Counted from the first letter of the stretch, positions 1 to 12,562 are shown. The stretch: DNA of 64,000 bases from Chara braunii (GCA_003427395.1 BFEA01000044.1:1761974-1825973); one strand, 5' to 3'. A program made the numbers and translations. The notes: generated from the letters alone by a model not told the origin.

Positions 1-2009
1 GTCTCATCAAGCTTGCGTGGTGCAGTCACCGCACGCAAATATCATGACCGCTCATGCAGCCCAATCATACTACCAATCCCGTTTTCTTGCACTATTAAAT
101 CAGTCTCAATCTTAGGTCAATCCCCTCATTAGGTTTGACCTCGTGCATCATCACAATCAGGCCCAATCTTAGACCAAACCCTATCGTTAGGTTTGGCCTA
201 GCAGTCCAAGTCTCAGTCCTGGCCTGCTCATCTCAACCTCATCGGATCAGTCCATCTCATCAGCACAACATAATCCTCAGCATTATCTCAATTACAGTCC
301 AGCCACGGGTGGATATGAGACTAATCATCGAACTCAGGATCATCTGGGTCATCTTGACCAAAGGCCGCCTCACAAGGGGGAAACATACCAAACTCCTTTC
401 TCTTTGTCTGCTGGCTCTGTGCCACTTACTGTCGGGTCATACCAAACCCCGTTGTCTTCATCTGGCTGTAGGGTACCTGCAAAACAGAGATCATGTCATG
501 CCAAAAAGAAATACGAGAAAAGGGCCTCCCCTAAAGACCCTTGCCAACACCCCTTCCTCACTCACTCTCAGAGTCTTACCTTTTCGGCCTTCCAAGAGTG
601 CCCCCACTCGCCCTGGCGGGCTCCTCCGCTGACCTAACCCGGCAGGCAGAGCAAAGTCAGTGTTGATTCCCAGTCATGGCGGTCCGACCACCTTCCGAGC
701 CCTTGCTCAGAACAGCTCACGGGGAGCCGCACACCCCTTCATGAAGCCCTCACTCCGACGAGTGCAGACCCATGGTTCAGAAGCTCATCTACTCGCTTGA
801 CTTCTTGACTAACGTCCGGCTCTTTGCAATTGTGCGGGGAGCCAGCCAACACCCGACCAGACCCGGCTGGTGAGTCAAAGCGAGTCCACAATTAAGCTTT
901 GCAACAATGGGTTAGGAGGCCATAATGGCCCTGTTGCCAGCTGGGCAGTGGATACCTGGCTTGGCCCGATGCCAAGGGAATGCCCCTGGAGACACGGCTC
1001 CCAAGAGACACCCCGATCATAGTGATAGTAGGAGTCTACCACCTTGATCAGCCAAATGTCAGATTTAGACTGGGAGAGGCTCAGGATGCCTCCTCCTTTC
1101 CAGCAGGCGGACCAGGTTGCCACGTGGTGACCCGGGAACGGCTAACCACCCGAGGGTTCGAGGCTATCAGCCACTATGGCTCGGACATCCCGCCAACCCA
1201 ACTAGCCTCTTAACCTGTTAGAACCTGCTTCAGGGAATCATCTCTTGCTCAAGAGGTGCAATTGAAACTCTCTACCTCTTCATGAAGGACATAAGTGTTG
1301 ACACCGTAGGGGGCGCCACTATGGTTAGATTCTCGTCGTTGAACCGTTGCGAGAACCCGACGGCTGCAATAGGAACACTCCTTCCATCACGAAGAATGCA
1401 GCAAGCTCCAAACCGCTGCGATGCTGAGTGATTTTCGCCCCGACCACAAGATCGGACAGATCACTCCATCGACTATGACATAGGACTGACCACCTATCCC
1501 TTCAGAGCTCGGCAGTGCCTAACCGCGAAGGCCCATCTAGAGAGGAACCCCATCCCGACGATACTGAGTCCCTTGCCACAGGAATAACCAATCAACTTGT
1601 GTCAGATGATGCTAGGCAATCCTCCTTACGCTATCGTACTAGGAGGTTGCCCCATCAATTGAGCGCTGACCTATGAGAGGAAGAAAATATATTTTCACGT
1701 TATCCCACAACCATTCATTCCACAATGTCATGCAGATCAATAAAATACAGTAAGAGGCAAGAACTGAAATCCCAAGAACTGGCTCCCAATCCCCCAGGCA
1801 TATCCCAGGACTGACACGTGACAAGCCAGATACAATGCAATGAACTGGAATTTAAAATTTTAACTTACATTCATACAAAATTGGCGCCAATCTGGGCCCG
1901 GCAGACACATGAGTCTATTATTGAGCCGAGCCATCATAGGCTGCTCGTATCCAGCTCCGGCATCCGAAATCATACCATGATCATAGCGAGCCGACTATCG
2001 GCTGCAGCT

Positions 2010-2575
2010 GGCCGCATACGGGCCACGTCCCAGCGTATAATCATCATCTATAGTTGGCGGCATACTAGCCACGTCCCAGCGTATAATCATCATCTATAGC
2101 TGGCGGCTCACTGGCCACGTCCCAGCACATAACCATCATCAATAGCTGGCGGCACACTGTCCACGTCCTAGCACATCATCATCATCAGTAGCTGGCGGCA
2201 ACACTGTCAACGTTCGAGCATATAATCAACAATTGTAGTTGGCGGCAACACTGTCCACGTCCCGACATATAATCAACATCTATAGCTGGCGGTAACACTG
2301 TCCACGTCCCAGCATATCATCATTCATAGCTGGCGGCTCACTGGCCACGTCCCAGCACATAATCATCATTTGTAGCTGGCGGCAACACTGTTCACGTCCC
2401 AGCATATCGTCATCATCTGTAGCTGGCAGCAACACTGTCCACGTCCCAGCATATCGTCATTATCTATAGCTGGCGGCAACACTGTCCACGTCCCAGCATA
2501 TAATAATCCCGCGGATTGCGGCACACTGACCACGTCCCAACCAATGCTGAGGGCACACTGGCCACGACCCAACAT
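2010..2575. repeat. Tandem array, ~46-47 bp unit, ~12 copies, 3' of integrase
   Basis: Unit ccacgtcccagcatatcgtcatcatctatagctggcggcaacactgt. Confidence 0.9.
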
Positions 2576-2588
2576 GTCCAGGCTGATG

Positions 2589-5500
2589 CTAGACGGCTCT
2601 CGGGCCTCGCCCCATCATTTTGCCCGAACTCGGAATCAAATCTGCACCTTTGAGTATGAATTTTCGGATCCGGGAGCCGGATACTATACCATGGGATTTT
2701 GTTTCATCCATCTCTGCTAACTCATAGGCCTTGCCTTCAACCTCTCTAATGATCCTGAAAGGTCCCATCCACCTGGCCTCCAATCTCTTGGTCCACTGCG
2801 TCTCGAGAGATGTATCATGCAAAAGTACAATATACCCGACCTGAAGTCGTTCCCTCCTGATGTACCCCTTACTGTTCCATCGTGTCTGCTCAGATAACCT
2901 GTTGTCTGACATCCGCTTTGTGGCCTCGATTATGGCCTCGTCCACTTCCTTGATCTGCCTGACCCTCAGTCTCAGTAACTCCTCTGTGGAGTATGACTCT
3001 CTCTGTGCCTCATGGGTCAAGGTCTCAACCAGGTTCTCAATGGGAGAAGTAGCATACCGGCCGTACCAGAGTGTAACAGGTGCATAACCTGTAATCGGTT
3101 TGACAGTCACATTGTCAGCATAGACAGCCGCTCTCAAGAAGGATGACCAGCTTTTGGAATCACCTCGGCACCATTTTGATATAGCATCCTTTAGAGTCTT
3201 GTGACCTCTTTCCACTGGTGCATTAGCCTGAGGATGATATGGTGTCACAAACCTAACCCTGACTCCAAGTCTGAACATGAGTTTTTTGACCATCTCGTTC
3301 TTGAATTCCGACCCTGACTCCAAGTCTGAACATGAGCTTTCTGACCATCTTGTTCTTGAATTCCGACCTCTGATCAGCCACAAACTCACGTATGAAGGGG
3401 TACCTTAGGTAGATTTCCTCGATTCAATCTGCCACTGTTTTTGCGGTTTTCTTACGGATGGCTTTTGCTTCAACATAACCAGACATATTATCTCTCATAT
3501 TTAATATATATTTCATTCCATCCTTACAAGGTGGCATAGTAGTTAGATCAAGGTGAACAGAACTACCAGGCTCAACAAGAACAGTGGGGTATAAGGGTTC
3601 AATCGGTCTCATAGATGATCTTTTCTGGCAGGCTTCACATGACTTACAATATCTCATAACCATATCCCTCAGACCATCCAGTGATATAGTCGGGATACTT
3701 TATAGTATGTAGCATCAGCATCCCTATGACCCCCTGCTAGACCTTCATGCAGTGCGGCGATCACCTCTAGTTGTCTTTCCCTACCACACACCACTCTCAG
3801 CTGCGGTAGTCCTTCCTTAGCATCCACAAAAAGGTGACCCCTACGTAGTCTAAAGGTCCTTTTTATCCTCTCATGGTAGAACTCGTTCAAGTGATTGTTG
3901 CTCATCACCATACCGATCCTCTTATACTCTCCATCATATTCTTCCTTTCTAAACCTTCCCTCATCATCCTTACTCTGTTCTAAATCTTCTGACCCATCCT
4001 CTATCTCATTCAATAGACGCTCAGCCATTTTTTAGCTCTCAGCCAACTCATGAGCTGCAATAGCGGCCTATTCAACCATCCCATACCACCCTTCTTCCTC
4101 ATCCTCTTCAATCAAGAGGTAGTGGAGATACGGATCTTCCTTTTCACCCCAGCAGTCTTCTCTACTGGTTGTCATGGCTGAGGCCGTATAACAATTGGGA
4201 GCAGGAGGTAGCCCTTCATCATCATCCCCCATAGGGAATTCGTCAACGAAGGGTGCCTCCTCAAGAGATTCATCATCTATCGATCCCCATTCCACACGGC
4301 TTAACCCATCAGCTCGATTCTTATCAGTAGGTACCTTTTATAACACAAAATCATACGTCCATATATGAGTTATCCACCTACTAACCGTAGCATCTACTTG
4401 CTGATGTCTCTTAACAGCCCCAATTACTGTCGTGGAATCCGTTCTTAGGATGAATCTTCATTCCATAATGTAGTGTCTGAACACCCTGAGACAGTGCAGG
4501 ATTCCCAGAAGCTCCTTCCTAATATGGATATAGCCTCTCTCAACCGAATTAAGGGTGCGACACTCAAATCTAAGTGGCCTTTCTTTACCATTCTCATCTC
4601 GCTGCACGAGCACTCCTCCTAATGCTATCGGGCCGCCGTCAGCTTCAATGATGAAGGGCCTCTCCCTTTCATCGTCGAAGTAGGGTACTCCTAATACGAC
4701 CCCGCCATCTCTTAATCTATCTTGAAGTGTCCGCGCAGCCTTCTCTCTTTGGTAACACCACCCTAAGCTGGCTCCTTGTCGCACCATTTCTCTAAGAGGC
4801 TCGGCTATCTTGGCAAACCCGGGGATGAAGATCCGCCAAAAGCTGCAGACCCCTAGGAAACTCCTTACTTCCCCAACCATTTTTAGAGGCATAGGCCAGT
4901 TCAGGATTTTATCCACCTTCTTCGGATCGAGGCTCCTTCCTTCCAAGAAGCACCTAAAACCCAAGATCGTTACCTCCCTTTGAAACACGAGTGATTTCGG
5001 TCCGCTAGCTGTTAGGTTGTACTTAGCCAACCTTTCTAATACTTTCGCCACTCCCTGCGCATGTTCCCACACGAACCGCCTAACTCGACTATCCACTAAG
5101 GTCTCATCCTTTTCTTTCGGTCCTTTAACCGGATTGTCATCGATGTATGGGAATGTGACCTCTGGGCATATGTCCTCCATGACCTTCAGCATGTCTCGCT
5201 AGACGACCACAACCCCATTCGTCCACCCTTGAGGCACCACACACATTTGTATGAGGCCTCTAGGTGTGTGCATGGCGGTCATAGGTCGACTAGTAGGATC
5301 TATGGGGAACTGGTCATAGCCAGATTATAAGTCTACTAGGGAGTAAATGCTCCTTCCCGCGAAAGACTTGGCCAGTAGATCCGCGTTCAGTAAACTACTC
5401 GCATCGCGAACAGTTACCGAATTCAACTTTTGCAAGTTTTGTATCCAGCTCAGACCTCCCTCTGGCTTCCAAAAACAAAACCTGTGTTTGGCATAAGCAC

Positions 5501-8082
5501 CACCTGCTGGTTCTGCAACGTTGGAGGCGATCTTCTGGTTTATGTACTTCATTACCTCTTTTTCTTCTTTCTGAGCATATTTTGTGGGTCTATCATTCCA
5601 AGGCGTGTGAGGGACGGTCCAAATCTTGACCATCTTGATCATGGGTAATCCTTCCCCCTTTTAATACAATCTCTCTTAGCCCCTTAATTATCTTCCTTTC
5701 CTTCTCTAATGCTTCATTATAGTCCTTTTCTACCAGGACTGCCACCGGATTCTTCTTAACGCCCTTGCGTTTATACTTCCTCTTGGACCCGGTGGCTATT
5801 TTCCTAAAAAAGGCCCAGTTGCTGCATCATGCCAACTTTTGCCGCCCTCACAGCATCCTTGAATCCTTCCATCTCTCTCTTATCGCCCAGCTCCTTCTCT
5901 TTATTCAGGAGCTCGAGCATCTTCCCGATATCATTTACTTTAATCGTTGTCTTCTCGTATATTATTCCACTTTCTTTCAACTTTGCTCGGACTTCCTCAA
6001 TCAACTTGTCAAATTCTCCATGCTTGAGAGAATTAACATGTCGCTGATGGCGAGGATGATGCCTATCACTTATCACAAAAGCCTGTTCTTTACCAGTGAC
6101 AGGATCCTGAAGAGAGAGTCAGGCCGCTCCATCATGGCCAAAAAACGCACAAACCTCCATTCTATGTAGGAAAGGGGCTCTGAGAATGCAGTCATGATCC
6201 AAGTTGGAAACCACAAAACTAAGGATCTCAGCTCGTAAAGTTCCAATCCGAATAGGCAAATCATCAATAAAACCTTCCAAAGGCAGGAATCCGACTATAT
6301 TAGAAAGTTGATGATTAGCCTTCCTGTCTATTCCAAGCCCACATGATCTCATCGTGGCTGAGGACATAAGAACCATCTCGGCCCCGGAGTCCACTAGGGC
6401 TCTAACTTTCACGTCGTTTACGGAGATATTCAAGTAGCCACACGACATGTTGCCAAACCTCAACTTGGTCCCAGGCGGGGCTCTTTCCACATGCTGAGGG
6501 AAAAGTCTTTAGCTATTGATTTCTACCTTCCGCCTTTCAACCATCTTTTTTAGTTCTTCTCTAAACTTTGGCACCAAGGCTACCGCCTCCTTCCAGGATA
6601 GGGTGATCTCGGTTTCTTCAAATAGTTTCTTTACTACTACATCTATCGAGACACCCTCCTGAGCCTCAGATCTCAAGACCACCTTCCTCTTTTTCTCGGC
6701 AGCTTCCTTTCCTTTCCCTTCCTTCACTAGGTCCTTGGTCCCATCGATCAACTGGTCTAGCTCTCTTTGAGCCTTCTCCCAATTTTTCTCTTCAGCCTCC
6801 CTTTGGCTGATATGGGCTACATTCAAGTTTTGGCTTCCAGGATTGTAGTCTCGAGTCACTATCTTCGGAGGTAGCATACCGTCAAAGGTGAGAACATTAA
6901 CCCTAGCCTTCTTTTTTTTATCCTTATTAGCCTTAGCCTTTTCTAGGATTACCGCTCGCATCCCTCCTTTGACTCGGAAGTCTACCTTGTTCCAATTGGC
7001 ATCACAGATGTGCCCATTGGCGTTTTTCTTGACAATCCCTTCTTCAAGCTCTTTTTCTAACGTCGAACACCGGGTTGGAGTATAGCCTTCCTCGTCACAA
7101 TAATAACATTGGAAGGGGTCAATCTCGGCTCTTATTATCTTTCTTCCAATCCCGATCGCGCTTCTTCTTTTGTCTCTCTTTTCTCCTTCGCCTAGCGTCA
7201 TCATCATCACTACACTCACTCTCACTCTCACTCTTTCCCTTTTGCTTCTCCTTCTTTCTTTCTTCCTTACCTTCCCCAACTCCAATAAGTGTTTGAGTTG
7301 TTGGGGCAGGAAGGGTTAACTTTTCGAAGCTACCAAGCTTAACGAGAAGACCAAGGATCTCCTCGGCCTTCAAGTTTCCTCCCGTAGCTGCCTCAACATT
7401 TCTTTTTCTTGCACTAGTGATTGCTTTCATCTGTTCCAAAGACCATTTTCTGTTGGACACGGAAGGCAGCTCACGGACCATCTCAACCACTTCATCCCAT
7501 TTTAGTGGATAATGGGCAGCACGACTTACCACACTCTTCCTTTCATCCTCCGCGAAGTTAGCCAGTAGGACATGACATTTTTTAGCCTCGTCTAGGAAGG
7601 GTACTCTCCGCGCAACCCTCTCAAAATCCTCTAGGAATTAATCGAGGGTAGCTTACTTGGAGCGTCGTACATCCAACAAGGGTTGTTGGGACGTCATACT
7701 TGGCGTACTCTTCCAGCATCTTTTGCCTTACGTCCGTCCATGCTGTCAGCCCTTGTGTCGTTTTTGTTACCGACACCCTCATCTTAGGTTCAACATAGGC
7801 TAGCAGAGCTTTCAACTTCAGTTTATCCGACCAACCATAGCTCATACCGAAGACATCATAGTCTTTCAAGAATTCCCTAACCTTAGTTCCATCAAAGCAG
7901 GGTATGTTCTCTGGAGGTACCTTGGCTCTCGGAAGGTCTAGACGGACATTCATAGTGTCCATCCTGGTCTTCATGGCCTCTATTTGGTTCAACATCTCTC
8001 GAAGAACTGCGGTATTGGTCACTTCTCCATCCCCAGCAGAGGAGCTAGCACGGCCCTACCATGCATTCGGTTCTTTGACCAT
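2589..8082 (-). pseudogene. gag-pol of Gypsy element, broken by stops and frameshifts
   Basis: gag IPCFDGTKVREFL; degenerate zinc knuckle CYYCDEEGYTPTRC; protease ALVDSGAE; RT YIDD; RNase H FIIEADGG...KELLGI; integrase LHEGLAGGHR...CEACQ, TPYHPQANAPVER, WMGPF. Confidence 0.93.
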
Positions 8083-8107
8083 CCTGTCTAGTTTACTGGT
8101 TATGCTC

Positions 8108-8517
8108 CTACTTCTTCCTGAACCTTTTCTCTCTTAGGATTGCGTTTAAAATTGGTTCCCAGTTCCTGCCGTCAGTAAAACTTTATGGCAGATGGGGCTC
8201 GGGAAACCTATCAAACACAATCGGTGTTAAGTCACTAACTACTCTTTTGCCCCTTTTCTTTCTAACTCTCGCTTTTCTTGATCAAATATATTACTAATCC
8301 AGCTTCGAAAAGACTTGCGATCTGTCCCTCTCTCTCTCAATAAGGGAACATAGGGTCGGATATCGTATTCACCAGTGTGAACGAACTACGCCTTCCCAGG
8401 TGCATGCTTCTCCTCCAGGGATACACAGCGCTCAATCTTGTATGGAAAAGCTCCTCCACTGGTAAAAGGAACTACGGTATCCAGTGTTGCCGTGACTGTC
8501 GGACAGTAACCAGACAT
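8108..8517 (-). pseudogene. Accessory ORF F, paralogue of A/B/D (stops and one frameshift)
   Basis: MSGYCPTV...SGGAFPYKIERCVS...TGEYDIRPYV...FDRFPEPHLP*SFTDGRNWEPILNAILR; ends 25 nt before the gag ATG at 8082. Confidence 0.7.
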
Positions 8518-8520
8518 TGC

Positions 8521-9015
8521 CTAATTCCTAACTTCTCTTAGTATCACTCTCAACCTTCCATATTCATTATAGACTTGGTGCTCCCCCTCTACTCCATAGA
8601 CGCCGGTGTCAATATAGAGTCCACCTTCGGCCTCGTCGATGCAAGACGCGCCTCTCTTGATTTCTACTACCTCTGTTACTGGATCTCGAACCCTCCTACA
8701 AATCAAGGTCCCTAACAAGCATTGGTTCTCACGACTCCAACTGCGAATGAAGGTTCTCACCTTCTCAAATTCTTGTCTTGTCAGCTCCTTTTCTATCCCT
8801 TGTCTTACTAAGTTATCTCCAATCGGGCTTTCACGATTGCCTTTCGCCATCTCATAATTTCTTCATCTTTAGTCACCCCTGCATTCACCGAGTTTTTCCC
8901 TAAGAAGCCAACAAGTTTTCTGTCTTTGTCAAGTGATAGAAAATTCAGGAGATCCTTCGTCCTGGACTTCGAACCGACGTAAAAAGGTATCAAGAAACAT
9001 CGTCTTTGGTCGCAT
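8521..9015 (-). pseudogene. Accessory ORF E, ~164 codons, unknown (stops in N-terminal third)
   Basis: ATG at 9015, 12 nt after the D stop, is in frame with track ORF 8521-8850. Confidence 0.5.
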
Positions 9016-9027
9016 GACTAGGTTATT

Positions 9028-9453
9028 TTATCTTGCCTTGCCAACCACGGCAATAGCTTCTAGAAGAGGCGCCCAGTCTCTCCTGTCAGCGAAGCTATCT
9101 GTAGTCAGAAAACTAGGGAGTCTTTCAAATTGCCTGACTCGTTTTCCCCAAGTCACTTTTTCATGCAAACTTCGAAGTAGTCCCCTTATCCTCGAGAGGT
9201 GAATGTATACTCTCCTCAGGCACTCTAAATAACCTTCTTCCTTTTTTACTCCTTCCTGAGCATAAGCCCTCACGTCAAGCTCGTCGATCTTAAAAAATCT
9301 GACCGCTGGAACATAAAATACTAAACGCCCTTCCTTACAGACGTCGTGTCTCAATATCTCGAACGGACTGTCAGTCTCATTTACTTTATCTAACCATCCT
9401 CTACCAATGGTCACAACCGCAATTGACATAGAGTTTTCACATTCCAATATCAT
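9028..9453 (-). CDS. Accessory ORF D, 141 aa, paralogue of A/B
   Basis: Intact; RFFKIDELDVRAY...KVTWGKRVRQFERLPSFLTTDSFADRRDWAPLLEAI aligns with B. Confidence 0.7.
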   Translation of the reverse strand: MILECENSMSIAVVTIGRGWLDKVNETDSPFEILRHDVCKEGRLVFYVPAVRFFKIDELDVRAYAQEGVKKEEGYLECLRRVYIHLSRIRGLLRSLHEKVTWGKRVRQFERLPSFLTTDSFADRRDWAPLLEAIAVVGKAR

Positions 9454-9785
9454 TGTCTTGGGCTGCCTCTAGCGCCTCTAACCAGACTATCCGCAGGACA
9501 CTGTCTACATAGGATGGTCTCAACTCTCGCATGTAGCATCACTCTCTTGCCATCCGAACTCTTGCAATCCAGCAGATGTCTAGTCTTAGTCTGGTCCGTA
9601 ATTGCTCTAAAAGCAGCCGCTCGCATAAGCTCAAGGTAGTGCTCTACCATTCCAATCTCGTTGTGCCTACCTAGCCTAGTATCGCATCCTCTCACAACCC
9701 CAATGACAGTCGCTTGTTGTCCGTCTAGATAGACCTCAAAGCTGAAGCTTTCTCCATCATCAGGAGTGTAGACATCGATCGACAT
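9450..9785 (-). CDS. Accessory ORF C, 111 aa, unknown; unrelated to A/B
   Basis: Intact ATG-TGA; starts 3 nt after the B stop; its TGA overlaps the D start (ATGA). Confidence 0.6.
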   Translation of the reverse strand: MSIDVYTPDDGESFSFEVYLDGQQATVIGVVRGCDTRLGRHNEIGMVEHYLELMRAAAFRAITDQTKTRHLLDCKSSDGKRVMLHARVETILCRQCPADSLVRGARGSPRQ

Positions 9786-9788
9786 AGC

Positions 9789-10184
9789 TCACCACACTCG
9801 ATCCCTTAATACCGCGTTGAGGATCGGTCCCTAGTCCTTCCCGTCACAAAAGCTAGTGGGCACAAGCGGACTTGGAAATCTCTCAAACTCTCTTGGCAGG
9901 ACACTCCAAGTCACTTTCTTCCCTCATTGTCTCAGCAACAACCTTTCATCTAGGACATACTCAGCAACATCTATCCAACATGTCTGGTAATTGATCCCTC
10001 TCCTTGTCTTAGCAACTACGTATGGCCTCACATCATAGTCATCCGTATCAAGAAACAGAGCTACATGGACGTACAAGATCACTGAGTCGTGCTCACAAGT
10101 CACACATCTCTCAATGACGTACGGGAAGACACCCCCAGCCGTGATCCTTGTTAGTGCTTCTATCGCTTTCGTTATTGCCCACAT
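9789..10184 (-). pseudogene. Accessory ORF B, paralogue of A (two internal stops)
   Basis: MWAITKAIEALTRITAGGVFPYVIERCVTC...FLDTDDYDVRPYV...Q*GKKVTWSVLPREFERFPSPLVPTSFCDGKD*GPILNAVLRDRVW. Confidence 0.72.
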
Positions 10185-10208
10185 CGACTACTTACCAGGT
10201 TTGCCTCC

Positions 10209-10586
10209 TCAGTGCTGCATTGATTGGCTGCCCTTCCTACCGTCACAAAATCCTTTAGGTACTGGCGGGGTAGGAATTTTCTCATAAATCCTAGGCAGTA
10301 AGCTCCAACTCGCTTCTATCCCTTGCTGTCTCAACCAACCCCTCTCGGCTTTGACACATTTCACTATAACATCCCAGTTGGTAAAGAAACTAGGGTCCCG
10401 ATCAGCCCCTTATAGGACGTAGGGTCGAATATCATAATCATCAATGTCGAGGAATCTAGAGACAAACACATGCACAGTCGTCGTACTTTTTACACAAGTA
10501 ATGCATTTGACAAACATATAAGGGAACACACCACCGCAGGTGACACGAGTTAGGGCTTTTAGGACATTATACTCTTCAATTATCAT
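10209..10586 (-). pseudogene. Accessory ORF A, unknown ~130-aa domain (one internal stop)
   Basis: MIIEEYNVLKALTRVTCGGVFPYMFVKCITC...RFLDIDDYDIRPYVL*...SWSLLPRIYEKIPTPPVPKGFCDGRK. Confidence 0.7.
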
Positions 10587-10822
10587 CTGGTTTCTGACTT
10601 ATGGACTTCTCAAGCCAAGGGTCCAGAAAACATATTCCAAACCCTTGTTTGCAGGTCTGAGTCACTTCAGATAGACTTCTGCAAGAGGCCCCTCCTCTCG
10701 GGGTTCCTCTAGCCGAAAGTCTTTCTGACCTGAGCCGGACCTTGTACGAAATATGCTAGACTGCTGCCTAGTCACAGAATATTGTGACCAAGGTCCACTC
10801 CCAGGAACTCAAAATCTTTGAG

Positions 10823-10840
10823 TCCCCGGCAACGGCGCCA
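10823..10840 (-). promoter_or_regulatory. Primer binding site complementary to tRNA-Asp 3' end
   Basis: Minus strand TGGCGCCGTTGCCGGGGA, 4 nt after an LTR-type ...GCGCGACA end at 10845. Confidence 0.85.
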
Positions 10841-10844
10841 TTTT

Positions 10845-12562
10845 TGTCGCGCCCCCACCGTTTCCAGGGCCTGGCTCGATGTCCCTCCCCGGGCCGAGTA
10901 CAGTGGGTTGGTGGACTGGCAGGCTGTCACGCAGGATTTTGGAAAGTTTTAGGAAAATTAGAAGTAAATTCACAAGCAGCCTTTGTCACACAGTCGAGTA
11001 GTCAGGGTTATCCCTCCTGCCAGCGGCGACACGGCTTGGCGTTCGGTTTTATCGCCTGCACCTGGCCCTGTATAAAGGTTACACTCAAGGTCACCGGAGT
11101 CCCTATTATCCAGGAGTCCTTCAAGTAGCCTTGAGTGTAACCTGTTATGATAAGGAGTGATAAATAACTTGTTACCTCATGCATAAACATTCCATGCATT
11201 AAAGGACATGCATCATAAATCAAATGACACTAAGAGGACGAAAATACCAGAAACCAAACTCTGCAAGAGCATGACCAGAGATACGAGACTGAAGAGTAGT
11301 ACACATAGAATGCAGGAAGCAGCCATAGGAGGGGTTGCAGTCACTGATCAAACATAATAATGTCATAATGCATCTCAGTGACTAAAAGAACGAGCCTCAA
11401 TCAATAACGACAAGTGGTACCCCCTCATGAGTGGGCTCGACTGTCTGGGACTCCGTATCTGGTACACGCTGGTCCTCCTCATCATTGAGAACCTGAGTAG
11501 CCATCGACTCTGGGATCATATAGCTGATGTCAAAACATGCCGCAGGGTCGATCTTGCTAATATATGCCATACATCTCGCCATCTCCTCATCCGCGACACT
11601 CCAAAGGTACAACTCCTCGGCGAGGGAAATGTTGCCAGTGGCACCGATCAAGATCTCAATCCGTCCCTTGCCATAAATGTAATCATAAGAAACCTCCAAG
11701 AAACGGTCTCCATAGAGTGGCTTCCGAAAAGCCTGTATGACGAAGTCGGCTCCCACCAAATGACTGTAGCCATCCCCAAGATATGGGACTGGTCCCTTCC
11801 CCCTTGAAGGGCCGGCTACCTCCTATGACCTGGGTCCTCCTGACATGTAATGCTTGAATCAATCACCCTCATGCAGGTATCGTGCCAAGAGGTAAGCATC
11901 CCGTCGTACGGCTGCCTTCCGTCTGCGTCTCACTCCGGTGACCAATGTCATAAGATGCCCTGGATCTGCTCCAACTGAAGCGTACTCAATCCCTGTGGGT
12001 ATCCCAGTCAAAATAGTCCCCCAAGTCAACATCACTCACGCATCAAGGCTCTTGGTGAGACTCGTCTGTCTCTGACCTCTGTAAGCAGGTGGTGATAGGT
12101 ATCCCGGATCCGGCCAACTCGCTCCTTATCCTCCTGTCTTGCCGTCTCTTTTCCTTGCTGCCACCTCTGCTCAGTGGTTTTGGATTACAACCATCAAAGT
12201 CAAAGAGAGCGCCACCTGGTGCAAAGGGGACCTGGGGAAACACCACATGTAACCAGTGCTCCCTCCAGTAACTCTCCCTGCGGAAGATATAATCAGCAAT
12301 CCGATCACAGGTGGCTCCCTTTATTCCCTGCCCAGCATCTCTCATGTGATAAGTGATCACCAACGTGTATCGCGATGTAGGAGACTCTTTCGCCCTAATG
12401 ACGAAGCTCTGATGTCCAATGTGTCGGTAACAGAACTTCTCAACCAGCTTACCCCATGTAGGGGTTGTCTCATGTTGAGGAGCCAGCTTGACCAATCTGC
12501 AAAGTAGGGTAGAATGCTCCTGACAAGTGGTTACACCAAACAATGGTGTCCTGGTGATAAAG
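10845..12562 (-). repeat. Putative 5' LTR (U5 end at 10845; start not resolved, may lie in or beyond N gap)
   Basis: CA terminus adjacent to PBS; short motifs shared with 42300-42710. Confidence 0.55.

Larger units (their letters stand above)
1..12562 (-). mobile_element. Decayed Ty3/Gypsy LTR retrotransposon (tRNA-Asp PBS) with accessory ORF cassette; both outer boundaries unresolved
   Basis: Minus-strand order LTR-PBS-extra ORFs-gag-PR-RT-RH-INT-tandem repeats; right side runs into N gap, 3' LTR not identified. Confidence 0.8.

Noticed and set aside
2010-2575. CRISPR-like appearance of the regular arrays (also 13.3-15.3 kb and 17.4-17.9 kb)
   Set aside because: Whole units repeat with no unique spacers, no cas genes, eukaryotic TE context.
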